Assembly: GCA_035530075.1 (NCBI GenBank)
Contig: DATKVM010000005.1
Span: forward strand, 22,823 to 86,822
Length of the DNA: 64,000 bases
Direction of reading: 5' to 3'
Source of the DNA: Patescibacteria group bacterium
Lineage (GTDB): Bacteria; Patescibacteriota; Microgenomatia; UM-FILTER-40-11
This document shows positions 36,786-45,418 of the stretch, in pieces. Each line of letters starts with the position of its first letter. Position 1 is the first letter of the stretch. A model generated the notes under the pieces. That model was not told the origin of the DNA and ran no database searches. It was given only the letters and a program-made list of their open reading frames with translations. Both the position numbers and the translations under genes were made by a program.

Positions 36786-37611
36786 AGCGCCTCAAGCCCC
36801 TTTTCCAAATAAATTTCATTAAGATAAAAAGTCCCAGAATCCAAATTAAAACTGTAATTAAACCGCTAATAGCTTCCCACATTTCCAATTGGCCCAAATA
36901 AAGTTTAATTGGGAAATAGGTCGTGTATTGAAAAGGCAAAGCTAAACCGATTTTTTGTAAAAACGGAGGCATGACATCCAAGGGAACTAAACCCCCGGCA
37001 AAGAAATTAAAAATCATAAACATTGCCGAGCGGAACAAGCGAACATCGGTTAACCAGAAAGCAAAAGAGGCAGTAAAAACGTTGGTCAGGAAATTAATCA
37101 CCAACGAAAAGAATAAAAAACTCAAGAATAAGACGAATTGCTCCAGGCCCGAAAAAACCACAATCTTTGGCAACAGCAGAAAAAAAATAATTATCATTCC
37201 CAATCGAATGAAAAATTCAAAACTCCGGTCAGCCAAAAAAATCGACAGCCACCATTTTAAATAACTAGTGGGCTTAAGAAGATATAAGGACATTCTGCCT
37301 TCCTTTATTTCCCAAGCCATTTGGCGACCGATATTTTGCCTTTGGGTAAAATGAAGGAATTTCGTCATTAAAACGTAAGTCATCATTGAAGAAAAGGTAT
37401 AGCCATTAAAATTATCCCTTCCACTAAAAACTGCTTTCCAAATAAAAAACATCACTATGAAAGTGATAATCCCCATTCCCAAATGACCAATAAAATCCGC
37501 CCGATATTCGAAAGATTTCTCCCAATTAATCTTAAAAATCGCCCAATATTTGCCCATTAAAGCAATTCTAGCAGAAAAACCCCTTAGGACCTGTCGCCAA
37601 GAAGACTTCAT
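36766..37611 (-). CDS. ABC-2 family transporter permease (type A)
   Basis: Six-TM permease, homologous to 34157..34954. Confidence 0.5.
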   Translation of the reverse strand: MKSSWRQVLRGFSARIALMGKYWAIFKINWEKSFEYRADFIGHLGMGIITFIVMFFIWKAVFSGRDNFNGYTFSSMMTYVLMTKFLHFTQRQNIGRQMAWEIKEGRMSLYLLKPTSYLKWWLSIFLADRSFEFFIRLGMIIIFFLLLPKIVVFSGLEQFVLFLSFLFFSLVINFLTNVFTASFAFWLTDVRLFRSAMFMIFNFFAGGLVPLDVMPPFLQKIGLALPFQYTTYFPIKLYLGQLEMWEAISGLITVLIWILGLFILMKFIWKRGLRRYEAVGQ

Positions 37612-37880
37612 TTAACCGATTTTTTGAGGCTGCGGCCGGGGGTAAAACGGGCGGCCCGGTGGGATTTAACTACCTGCCGAGCTTTAGTTTGAGGATTAAC
37701 GACCGTTTTATCTTTGACTAAAACACTTTTGAAAGTGCCAAAACCGGAAAGAACCACTTTCTCGCCCTTACTTAAGGCTCTTTCAACTTCATTAAGCATC
37801 GTTTCCACCGCTTCCTTTGAAGCTTTCCTGGTCAAATGGGCCTTAACCGAAACAACGCTGATTAAATCAATTTTCTTCAT
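37608..37880 (-). CDS. hupB: HU-family DNA-binding protein
   Basis: GFGTFKSVLVKDKTVVNPQTKARQVVKSHRAARFTPGRSLKKSV, the HU/IHF beta-arm signature. Confidence 0.85.
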   Translation of the reverse strand: MKKIDLISVVSVKAHLTRKASKEAVETMLNEVERALSKGEKVVLSGFGTFKSVLVKDKTVVNPQTKARQVVKSHRAARFTPGRSLKKSVK

Positions 37881-37933
37881 AATATCTAAAGCTAAAATTA
37901 GTTTAGCAAAAAAAATGCCAAAGTCAAGGTCAA

Positions 37934-39442
37934 TTACTTCGCCACTCCAACTGTCCGAGTTTCTCGAATGGCCGTTACTTTAATTTGCCCCGCCCATTTA
38001 GCCTCTTCTTCCAGCTTTTTGATGATTTTGTCCACCAAAACTGTCATTTCCGCGTCAGTGACTTTTTCCGGCTCAACAATCACTCGAACTTCCCGACCTG
38101 CTTGATAGGCCGCCACTTCGGCCACCCCCGGAAAAGACCGAGCAATTTCTTCAATATTGGTCATCCGCTTAACATAATCTTCATGGGGCTCATAACGAGC
38201 ACCCGGCCGGGAACCAGAAATAGCATCCGCCACCCAAACCACTGCCGATTCGACCGAAGAAAACGGCCGGTCCTCATGGTGTTCAGCCACGCAATCAATG
38301 ACTCTCTCCGGAATACGGTATTTTTTCAAAAGGTCAACTCCCAACTGAATATGGTTGCCCTCTTCATCAGTAATGACTTTCCCGATATCATGAAGCAAGC
38401 AAGCTAACCTCACCACGGCCACATCCAACTTAAGTTCACTGGCAATAGCAATACCAATCCGCGTTTCTTCTAAGGTATGAACAATCATATTCTGACCGTA
38501 AGAGAAACGGAACTTATAACGGCCTAAAAGTTTGACCAAATCTGGATGAAGATTATAAACCTTCACGGAATGGCAAAGCCTTTCTCCTTCTTCAAATAAA
38601 ATCCGCTCCACTTCCTGCTTAGTTTTGGCGACTACCTCCTCAATTCTTTGAGGCTGAATCCGGCCGTCTTTAATTAATTTTTCCAGCGCTTGCCTCGCGA
38701 CTTCTCTCCTGACGGGGTCAAAAGATGAAAGGCGAATATCCAAACTTTCGTCTAACTCCACTTCGACGCCGGTAGCAACTTCAAAACTCCGGATATTTCT
38801 TCCTTCTTTCCCAATAATCCGCCCTTTCATCTCTTCATCTGGGAGCTTAATGACAGAAACCGTGTATTCGGCGGCATAATCAACTGCTCCATGTTTCATG
38901 GCATCTACCAAAATCTCCTTAGCTTTTTCCTGGGCGGTAGCTTTGATTTCTTCTTCCGTTTCAACAATTCTCTTGGCCACTTCCTCAGCTAGCCTTTTTT
39001 CCGTTGCTTCCAAAATCAGTTTTTTCGCTTCTTCCCGATCGAGAGCCGCTATTTTCTCCAGCTTCTGAAGCTGTCGCTGACGGATATCCTCCAAATCAGC
39101 CATTCTTTTCTCTAAATCCGCTTTTTGTTGAGTAAGCAGCTTTTCTCTCTCTTCAATTGCCCCGACTTTGCGGTCAACTTCTGCCTCTCGCTGAAGCGCC
39201 TCGTTTTTAAGTCGGAAAGCTTCTTCTTTAATTTTGGCCGCTTCCTCTTTAATCCTCGCTGCTTCTTCCCGTGCTTGGGCTAACAACTCTCGAGCTTGGG
39301 TTTCATAAACGGAAAGGTTAACGCTAGTTTTAGCAATTTTGGCTTTCTCTTCCGGAGCTTTGGTTTCTTCCAGCTGGGCCAGCCGTTTTTCCAACTGCTG
39401 TTGTTTTCTAATTAAGTCGCTTATCTTATCCAAGAGTGACAT
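37934..39442 (-). CDS. rny: ribonuclease Y
   Basis: N-terminal coiled coil, KH domain (GKEGRNIRSFEVATGV), HD domain (LLHDIGK). Confidence 0.85.
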   Translation of the reverse strand: MSLLDKISDLIRKQQQLEKRLAQLEETKAPEEKAKIAKTSVNLSVYETQARELLAQAREEAARIKEEAAKIKEEAFRLKNEALQREAEVDRKVGAIEEREKLLTQQKADLEKRMADLEDIRQRQLQKLEKIAALDREEAKKLILEATEKRLAEEVAKRIVETEEEIKATAQEKAKEILVDAMKHGAVDYAAEYTVSVIKLPDEEMKGRIIGKEGRNIRSFEVATGVEVELDESLDIRLSSFDPVRREVARQALEKLIKDGRIQPQRIEEVVAKTKQEVERILFEEGERLCHSVKVYNLHPDLVKLLGRYKFRFSYGQNMIVHTLEETRIGIAIASELKLDVAVVRLACLLHDIGKVITDEEGNHIQLGVDLLKKYRIPERVIDCVAEHHEDRPFSSVESAVVWVADAISGSRPGARYEPHEDYVKRMTNIEEIARSFPGVAEVAAYQAGREVRVIVEPEKVTDAEMTVLVDKIIKKLEEEAKWAGQIKVTAIRETRTVGVAK

Positions 39443-39598
39443 AATCGTCCTCCTTTTTAGTTTTTAACTCTTGGAGTAAAACGCCACAGAAGCTTACCAA
39501 GCTAAGCTTGGTCGTTCGGAGAAAAAATGATTGGTTTTCAGAACTCTCATTTTCTGCCTTAAGTTTACTTCTATGAGTTTTACCTCAATTGCCCCATT

Positions 39599-40228
39599 TT
39601 ACCTTTTTTTGAGGATTTTCGCAACCGTTTCTTCAATTGTCTCGAAAGAAAAGCCTTTTTGAGCCAAAGCGGCATAGAGCTTTTGCTTAACTTCCCCGGG
39701 TGGCAAATTTGTCAACCGCACCAGCTTTTTTTGAGCCAGTTTTTCCGCCAGCTGAATATCGACTTCCTTCGGCCGCTCCTCCGCCAAGAGTCGTTTAATC
39801 AACTCCTCGGCAATTCCTTTGCGCCGCAATTCATATTTAACCAAACGCACCCCACTCGGCCGGAAAGTCGAACGCTGTTCAATCCACCATTGAGCAAAAG
39901 CTTCGTCATCAATAAGTTTTAGCGCCTTTAACTTTTGCCTGACCATCTTGCGCGTCTCTTCGCCAACTTTTTTCCGAAGCAGATATTCGTTAATTTCAAA
40001 TTCGCTTCGGGGCCGAAAAGAAAGAAATTTAAGCACTTTATCAAAGATGCTCCCTAGCTCACTTTCTTTAATTAGTTCTTCCACTCTCTCTCGGGAAATT
40101 TCTTGATCGGCGTGCAAACCCTCCTTCACTAAAGTTTCGGAGGGTAAGGAAAAGGCAAACTTGCCGTCTAGAAAGATATTGAATTTCTCTTTTTTCTTTT
40201 GCGGTTTAATCGCAGTAATAACGGGCAT
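39599..40228 (-). CDS. recX: recombination regulator RecX
   Basis: Immediately downstream of recA; RecX-like three-helix repeats. Confidence 0.7.
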   Translation of the reverse strand: MPVITAIKPQKKKEKFNIFLDGKFAFSLPSETLVKEGLHADQEISRERVEELIKESELGSIFDKVLKFLSFRPRSEFEINEYLLRKKVGEETRKMVRQKLKALKLIDDEAFAQWWIEQRSTFRPSGVRLVKYELRRKGIAEELIKRLLAEERPKEVDIQLAEKLAQKKLVRLTNLPPGEVKQKLYAALAQKGFSFETIEETVAKILKKR

Positions 40229-41341
40229 TTAGGCTTCTTCCATTTCTCCCCCAATGACTTTCTCTTCGACTGCTTTCCCGCTTTTAACTTCTTTCCAAAT
40301 TTTTTCTTCAATTTCCTTAATCATCTTTTGATTTTCCCCTAAGAAGGAAATTGCTGCCTGCTTGCCCTGGCCAAGCATCGTTTCTCCATAGCGGTAAAAA
40401 GCTCCGGATTTGGAGATAATTTCTAAATCCACCGCGACATCAAAAATTCCCGCCGTCCTGGAAATCCCACCATTCGCCAAAATATCAAACTCAGCCACTT
40501 TAAAAGGCGGGGCGACTTTATTTTTAACGATTCTCACCCGGTGGCGGGAACCAATCGCTTCATCGCCTTCTTTAATGGTTTCTATTTTACGGCTGTCCAT
40601 TCGCACCGAAGCGTAAAACTTCAAGGCCAGTCCGCCCGAAGTCGTTTCCGGATTGCCAAACATCACCCCGATTTTTTGGCGCAATTGGTTAGTAAAAACA
40701 ACGATCGTCTTGGACTTAGAAATAGCCCCCGTCAGTTTGCGTAGAGCTTGGGACATTAGTCTTGCTTGAACCCCTACCATAGCGTCTCCCATTTCTCCTT
40801 CAATCTCAGCTCTTGGAACCAAGGCCGCCACCGAATCAACCACAATCACATCCAGAGCGCCGCTACGAACCAAAGTTTCCACAATTTCCAAAGCCTGCTC
40901 GCCCGTATCCGGCTGGCTGACTAAAAGCTCATCCAAATTTACACCCAGTTCTTGCGCCCAGATAGGATCAAGTGCATGCTCAGCGTCAACAAAAGCCGCC
41001 GCTCCCCCGGCTTTCTGCGCTTGAGCAATAATAGAGAGAGCCACGGTAGTTTTACCGGAAGCTTCCGAGCCGTAAATTTCCACAATTCTTCCGCGGGGAA
41101 CACCGCCTATCCCTAAAGCAATATCTAAAGCGATTGAACCAGTAGAAATAACCTCCGCTCCCATCTTCCCGGTTGGGCTTTCGCCTAAACGCATAATCGA
41201 ACCTTTACCATATTGCTTTTCGATTTGTTCCATGGCTATCTTAATGGCTTGAAGTTTCCCTGAAGCATTATCGGTCATCTTGCCTCCCCCTTGGCCCGCC
41301 GTAGTTTTAACGAAGGCGGCTTCATCGCTTTTGGTCTTCAT
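40229..41341 (-). CDS. recA: recombinase RecA
   Basis: Walker [11 protein letters not shown]1/L2 loops, and near-identity to the RecA core throughout. Confidence 0.95.
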   Translation of the reverse strand: MKTKSDEAAFVKTTAGQGGGKMTDNASGKLQAIKIAMEQIEKQYGKGSIMRLGESPTGKMGAEVISTGSIALDIALGIGGVPRGRIVEIYGSEASGKTTVALSIIAQAQKAGGAAAFVDAEHALDPIWAQELGVNLDELLVSQPDTGEQALEIVETLVRSGALDVIVVDSVAALVPRAEIEGEMGDAMVGVQARLMSQALRKLTGAISKSKTIVVFTNQLRQKIGVMFGNPETTSGGLALKFYASVRMDSRKIETIKEGDEAIGSRHRVRIVKNKVAPPFKVAEFDILANGGISRTAGIFDVAVDLEIISKSGAFYRYGETMLGQGKQAAISFLGENQKMIKEIEEKIWKEVKSGKAVEEKVIGGEMEEA

Positions 41342-41543
41342 AGTAAACTCTCCAAAACAAAAATCAACTTATAAAGAAAATTACTCAGCCAAATTCACTT
41401 ACATTCTGGCACAGAAAATGATAAAATTCAAGGGCAAGACAGTGTCTCGTTCGAAAAATCAATCATTTACATTCGACCAGAAGTAAAGAGGATTGAGAAC
41501 AGGAAGATTTTTGCAAAGAAACCCTCGGTTTCTTTGCATGAAA

Positions 41544-41616
41544 CGGGGAATGGCGCAGTTGGTAGCGCGCACGCATGGGGTGCGTGAGGTCGTGGGTTCA
41601 AGTCCCGCTTCCCCGA
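41544..41616 (+). tRNA. tRNA-Pro (anticodon GGG), no encoded CCA
   Basis: CGGGGAAUGGCGCAGUUGGUAGCGCGCACGCAUGGGGUGCGUGAGGUCGUGGGUUCAAGUCCCGCUUCCCCGA. Has a C1-G72 acceptor, anticodon loop AUGGGGU with G37, and T-arm GGUUCAAGUCC. Confidence 0.8.
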
Positions 41617-41649
41617 CTAGAAAAAATAATTTGATAAAACCAAAAGACT

Positions 41650-42372
41650 ATGGCTTCTGAGGTAACACCCGTTAAAAACGATGAGGTAGAGCCCGTAATA
41701 GAGTTGGTAATCAGGCCGCCAACAGCCGATGAAGAATATGACAGGGTAGCGTCCTATCTTCGCAAGCTGCCATGGTATAATGAAAACGGATACAAGTTGC
41801 CTCTTCCGACTCATCCAGCGTTCCAGCAATTAGCTCAACCTGGCGCAGACCTTGCCGTGTTAGACCTGGAAGAAACGAGAAGGCTATTCGCCCAAGAAGT
41901 ATATGACCCAACTGCCTATGAAGCCCGCCTAAGAGCAGTAGAAGCCGACCGCTTTGTTATTGAAGAGGCATATTTAAGGTTTCGGGAATTAAATAAACGT
42001 TGGGGGGTTAAAGTTTTTCCCCGATATGAAATTACCCTCACTCAATTTGGTGCGGGTGGTAGCTATGATTCGGAAAAAGGGAGAGTCATTATATTGACCA
42101 GTTCTAGGCATTCACCAAAGAGAATAGCGATACATGAAGGCGTACATATCGGTATAGAGGACGGTATTGTTCAAAAGTATGGACTTTCGCACTGGGAAAA
42201 GGAAAGAACCGTAGATAAGATTTGTAGTATAAGATTTGGCGATTTACTTCCCAACTACGACTTCCAAGCTCGAGGAGATATAAGGATTGACCCATATGTT
42301 ACTTCTGAAACAATCAGACAACTACCACAAGCCATGGAAAGATACGTTAAAGATTTTCCCCGCACTCAATAA
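41650..42372 (+). CDS. hypothetical protein with a possible HExxH zincin-like motif, immediately after tRNA-Pro
   Basis: IAIHEGVHIGIEDG contains HExxH. Nothing else is recognisable. GC looks higher than in neighbouring genes. Confidence 0.35.
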   Translation: MASEVTPVKNDEVEPVIELVIRPPTADEEYDRVASYLRKLPWYNENGYKLPLPTHPAFQQLAQPGADLAVLDLEETRRLFAQEVYDPTAYEARLRAVEADRFVIEEAYLRFRELNKRWGVKVFPRYEITLTQFGAGGSYDSEKGRVIILTSSRHSPKRIAIHEGVHIGIEDGIVQKYGLSHWEKERTVDKICSIRFGDLLPNYDFQARGDIRIDPYVTSETIRQLPQAMERYVKDFPRTQ

Positions 42373-42390
42373 ATATACCCTTTGACAGTT

Positions 42391-42410
42391 TGGTCGCCCT
42401 GAGGCGACTA
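42391..42410 (+). terminator. hairpin terminator GTCGCC-CTGA-GGCGAC after the 240 aa gene
   Basis: Perfect 6 bp stem with tetraloop, followed by a T-rich tract. Confidence 0.4.
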
Positions 42411-42420
42411 ACCTATCTAT

Positions 42421-42484
42421 TTTAAATACTTCTCGATATTCTCCTGGTGTTCTTTATAAGTCTTGGCTGTATGGATTTGTTTGT
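42421..42484. repeat. degenerate copy of the mltG 3' end; upstream member of a 64 bp imperfect direct repeat pair (partner 43939..44002)
   Basis: ~87% identical over ~62 bp. The reverse complement encodes NKQIHTAKTYKEHQENIEKYL, the same C-terminal peptide as mltG, and the differences are mostly synonymous. Confidence 0.6.
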
Positions 42485-42517
42485 TTAGAAAGTAAAATAA
42501 TATGAGATAATCGTTTT

Positions 42518-43933
42518 ATGAGTGGGCTTTTTGGAGTTGTTGATAAGAAAAATTGTCCTAGAATTTTATTTTACGGCACCGATTATCAATCTCATTTGGG
42601 AACTCAAAAAGCGGGCTTAGCAATCATTAATCGTCGAATCGAGCGAGCTATCCACAATATCTCCACTTCCCAGTTCAAATCAAAATTTATTGAAGAGATC
42701 TCTTTAATGAAAGGGGCGCTTGGCATTGGCGTAATCAGTGATTCCGACTTCCAACCGATTATTATTTCTTCCTCTTTTGGAACATTTGCCCTGGCAACGG
42801 CTGGCTTTTTAGCCAATAAAAATGAGCTGGCTAAAGAGATTATGAAAGATGGAGGAAGTTTTTCAGAGTTAAGCGGCGGTGAAATTAATGCCACTGAAGT
42901 AGCTGGCAAAATTATCGCTCAAAAAGGCAATTTAGTAGAAGGAGTTAAAGCCCTTTTTGAAAAAATGAAGGGTTCGTTTAGCCTTTTGATTTTGGCCAAA
43001 GAAGGAATTTATGCTGCCCGAGATAAATTTGGCCGAACCTCGCTTTCGGTGGGTAAAAATGATAAGAGTTTAGCCGTCACTTCGGAAACTTGCGCTTTTC
43101 CCAATCTTGGCTACCAAAAGATAAAGGAGCTTTCCCCCGGCGAAATTGTCCTTTTGAGCAAAAGTGGCCAATTAATAGGAAAAGAGAAGAGTTCTTCTCC
43201 AGAAAAAGAAAAAATTTGTGCTTTTCTTTGGATTTATACTGGCTATCCTGCCTCTTCCTATGACGGGTTTTCAGTGGAAGCAGTCAGAGAACATTGCGGC
43301 GCTAATTTGGCTAAGGAAGATAGTGCTAAAGCCGATTTTGTCACGGGTATTCCCGATTCAGGCATTGCTCACGCTATCGGTTATGCCATGACTTCAGGTC
43401 TTCCTTACCGCCGCGCTTTGGTTAAATACACCCCTGGTTACGGTCGGAGCTACACTCCACCTTCGCAGGAAACCAGAGACTTGATCGCCCGAATGAAGCT
43501 TATCCCGATTAAAGAAATTATTGAAGGCCAGAAAATCATTATCTGCGACGATTCTATTGTCCGTGGCACTCAGCTTAAAAGTCAGGCAATTGAAAAGCTT
43601 TGGCAATGTGGGGCCAAGGAAATTCATGTCCGGATTGCTTGCCCGCCCTTGATGTTCCCCTGCCCCTATCTTCTTTCTACTCGCACCAAGAAAGAATTGG
43701 CTGCCAGAAGGGCAATCAAAAATACGTTTGGGGGTAGAAAAAATAGGCGAGAAATTAAAAACTTCTTGAGCGAAAAAGACCCTGGATATCAAAAGATGGT
43801 AAATTACCTGCGGCAGGAACTCAATGTCACTTCACTTAAGTTTCAAACCGTAGAAAATATGATCAAGGCCATCGGTCTTCCCCAGCATCGCCTTTGCCTT
43901 TTTTGTTGGCTTGGCAATAACCATCAGCCTTAA
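42518..43933 (+). CDS. PurF-like amidophosphoribosyltransferase homolog with Ser in place of the Ntn catalytic Cys (probably glutaminase-inactive) and an intact PRTase domain
   Basis: Aligns with B. subtilis PurF along its length (SETCAF, ADFVTGIPDSGI, PRPP loop IIICDDSIVRGTQLK). The N-terminus is MSGLFGVV rather than (M)CGI/VxG. The HNGN oxyanion motif is replaced by TAGF. Confidence 0.7.
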   Translation: MSGLFGVVDKKNCPRILFYGTDYQSHLGTQKAGLAIINRRIERAIHNISTSQFKSKFIEEISLMKGALGIGVISDSDFQPIIISSSFGTFALATAGFLANKNELAKEIMKDGGSFSELSGGEINATEVAGKIIAQKGNLVEGVKALFEKMKGSFSLLILAKEGIYAARDKFGRTSLSVGKNDKSLAVTSETCAFPNLGYQKIKELSPGEIVLLSKSGQLIGKEKSSSPEKEKICAFLWIYTGYPASSYDGFSVEAVREHCGANLAKEDSAKADFVTGIPDSGIAHAIGYAMTSGLPYRRALVKYTPGYGRSYTPPSQETRDLIARMKLIPIKEIIEGQKIIICDDSIVRGTQLKSQAIEKLWQCGAKEIHVRIACPPLMFPCPYLLSTRTKKELAARRAIKNTFGGRKNRREIKNFLSEKDPGYQKMVNYLRQELNVTSLKFQTVENMIKAIGLPQHRLCLFCWLGNNHQP

Positions 43934-43934
43934 A

Positions 43935-44948
43935 TCATTTCAAATACTTTTCAATATTTTCCTGGTGTTCTTTATAAGTTTTGGCGGTGTGGATTTGTTT
44001 ATCGGCCGAATGAAGATAATAAAAAGCTTCCGTCTCGGCCGGATAAACCGCCGCTTTAATCGCAGCCAGGCCTGGGCTGCAAATCGGTCCCGGCGGCAGC
44101 CCCTCATGAAGGTAAGTATTATATAGCGAGCTGATTTTTCTGACCACGCCAGCAGGCAAAAAAGGCCAGAAATTGAAGTTATCAGGGTCAGTGGTTTTCT
44201 GTTTTAAATCTTCCGTAACCATCGCATACTGGACCGTTGCATCAATTTCCAACCTCATCCCTTTATTTAAGCGGTTCCAAATAATCCCAGCGATAATGGG
44301 TTTGTCGGTCTCACCCCCACTTTCCCTTTCAATTAAAGAAGCAATTTTCAGGGCGGTATCATTTCTGACATTCTGAGCCAAAAGGTCTTTTTGTAATTGA
44401 GCGTCAAACTTTTCGTTGAAATTAACACGGAGTCGGCTGATAACTTCCGCCGGGTCGGCATCAACATCGACAAGATAAGTGTCGGGAAAAAGATAACCTT
44501 CCTCCGCCGCTAAAATAAAACCTTGAGCAATTCCGTCTGACCAGCCCAAAACCTTTTGCAAAATTACCGCCGTCTGCTCCTTTCTTTTCCCCGGCGGGAT
44601 CAGTACCCACTTCTGATAAGGGCCAGCCGCTAAAGCTTGGGCCAACTCATAAGCATTCATACTTTTAGAAAGTAGATAGCCCCCGGGAGCAATCCTTTGA
44701 CCTGGCTCGGGGCAATCCTTTTTTTGCCAACAAATAAATTCTAAAACCAACTGAAAAATTCGGGGAGACTTCAAGAAGCCTTTTTCTTTCAAAGCAGTGA
44801 CTGTTTGCTCCTCCCGACTATTAAGCGGGACAATAAACCGTTCCTCTTCCCAGCTTTTTGCCGGCCCAAGGAACAAAAAGAAAAAGATGCCCGCCACCCC
44901 CAGCAGCAAACTAACTAAAAGCAAAGCAATAAAATAGCCAATTTTCAT
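43935..44948 (-). CDS. mltG: endolytic murein transglycosylase MltG (YceG-like)
   Basis: N-terminal TM helix and the YceG-like domain. Confidence 0.8.
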   Translation of the reverse strand: MKIGYFIALLLVSLLLGVAGIFFFLFLGPAKSWEEERFIVPLNSREEQTVTALKEKGFLKSPRIFQLVLEFICWQKKDCPEPGQRIAPGGYLLSKSMNAYELAQALAAGPYQKWVLIPPGKRKEQTAVILQKVLGWSDGIAQGFILAAEEGYLFPDTYLVDVDADPAEVISRLRVNFNEKFDAQLQKDLLAQNVRNDTALKIASLIERESGGETDKPIIAGIIWNRLNKGMRLEIDATVQYAMVTEDLKQKTTDPDNFNFWPFLPAGVVRKISSLYNTYLHEGLPPGPICSPGLAAIKAAVYPAETEAFYYLHSADKQIHTAKTYKEHQENIEKYLK

Positions 44949-44992
44949 TCCTCCCAGTTTAACATTTAAGGCTCTTTTTGTATAATGGGGCC

Positions 44993-45417
44993 ATGGATGT
45001 TGAAAGAAACACGCGCCGCTTTATTTGTTTGGGAATTGTCCTTAATGAAAAAATGAAGTCTTAATGGTCCGCCGAGTCAAAGAAGAAATGGGTGAGAAGA
45101 ATCGAGTCTTGAGCTGGGCTTTCCCGGGCGGTCGGCCGGAAGAAGGAGAAAGCCGAGGCCAGTGTGTTAAAAGGGAAGTTTTGGCCGAAACCGGTTACCA
45201 TGTTTCTCCTTTAAGAGAAATTTCTTTACGCTATCACCCTGATTTGCCGGTTATTATTGTTTACTTTCTTTGCCGCCTGGAAGAACCTCAGCCAATACAG
45301 GAACCGAGCGAGCCTCACGAAATTGCGGAAACCTGCTGGGTAAGAATTCAAGAATTAATGGCCCTAATTACAACTTCTCTTGACCCTCAAGTAGCTAAAG
45401 AATTAAAACTGGTTTAA
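44993..45417 (+). pseudogene. NUDIX hydrolase interrupted by a frameshift in an A6 tract (45048-45053)
   Basis: Frame 1 from the ATG at 44993 gives MDVERNTRRFICLGIVLNEKMKS*. Frame +1 continues with ...VLMVRRVKEE...FPGGRPEEGESRGQCVKREVLAETGY (Nudix box). An A7 tract would give one continuous ~140 aa Nudix protein. An extended -10 TGTATAAT lies at 44979-44987. Confidence 0.6.
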
Positions 45418-45418
45418 A

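Noticed and set aside
39500-39540. 17 bp palindrome ACCAAGCTAAGCTTGGT between recX and rny as a regulator site
   Set aside because: It lies immediately downstream of recX on the transcribed strand followed by a T-rich stretch. It is more simply explained as the recA-recX terminator hairpin.
41342-41543. Possible LexA/SOS box upstream of recA (GTTCGAA ... ATTCGAC inverted repeat at 41449-41477)
   Set aside because: The arms are short and imperfect with 15 nt spacing. TTCGAA is itself a palindromic hexamer. There is no match to known Cheo or LexA consensus spacing, and no lexA is in the window.
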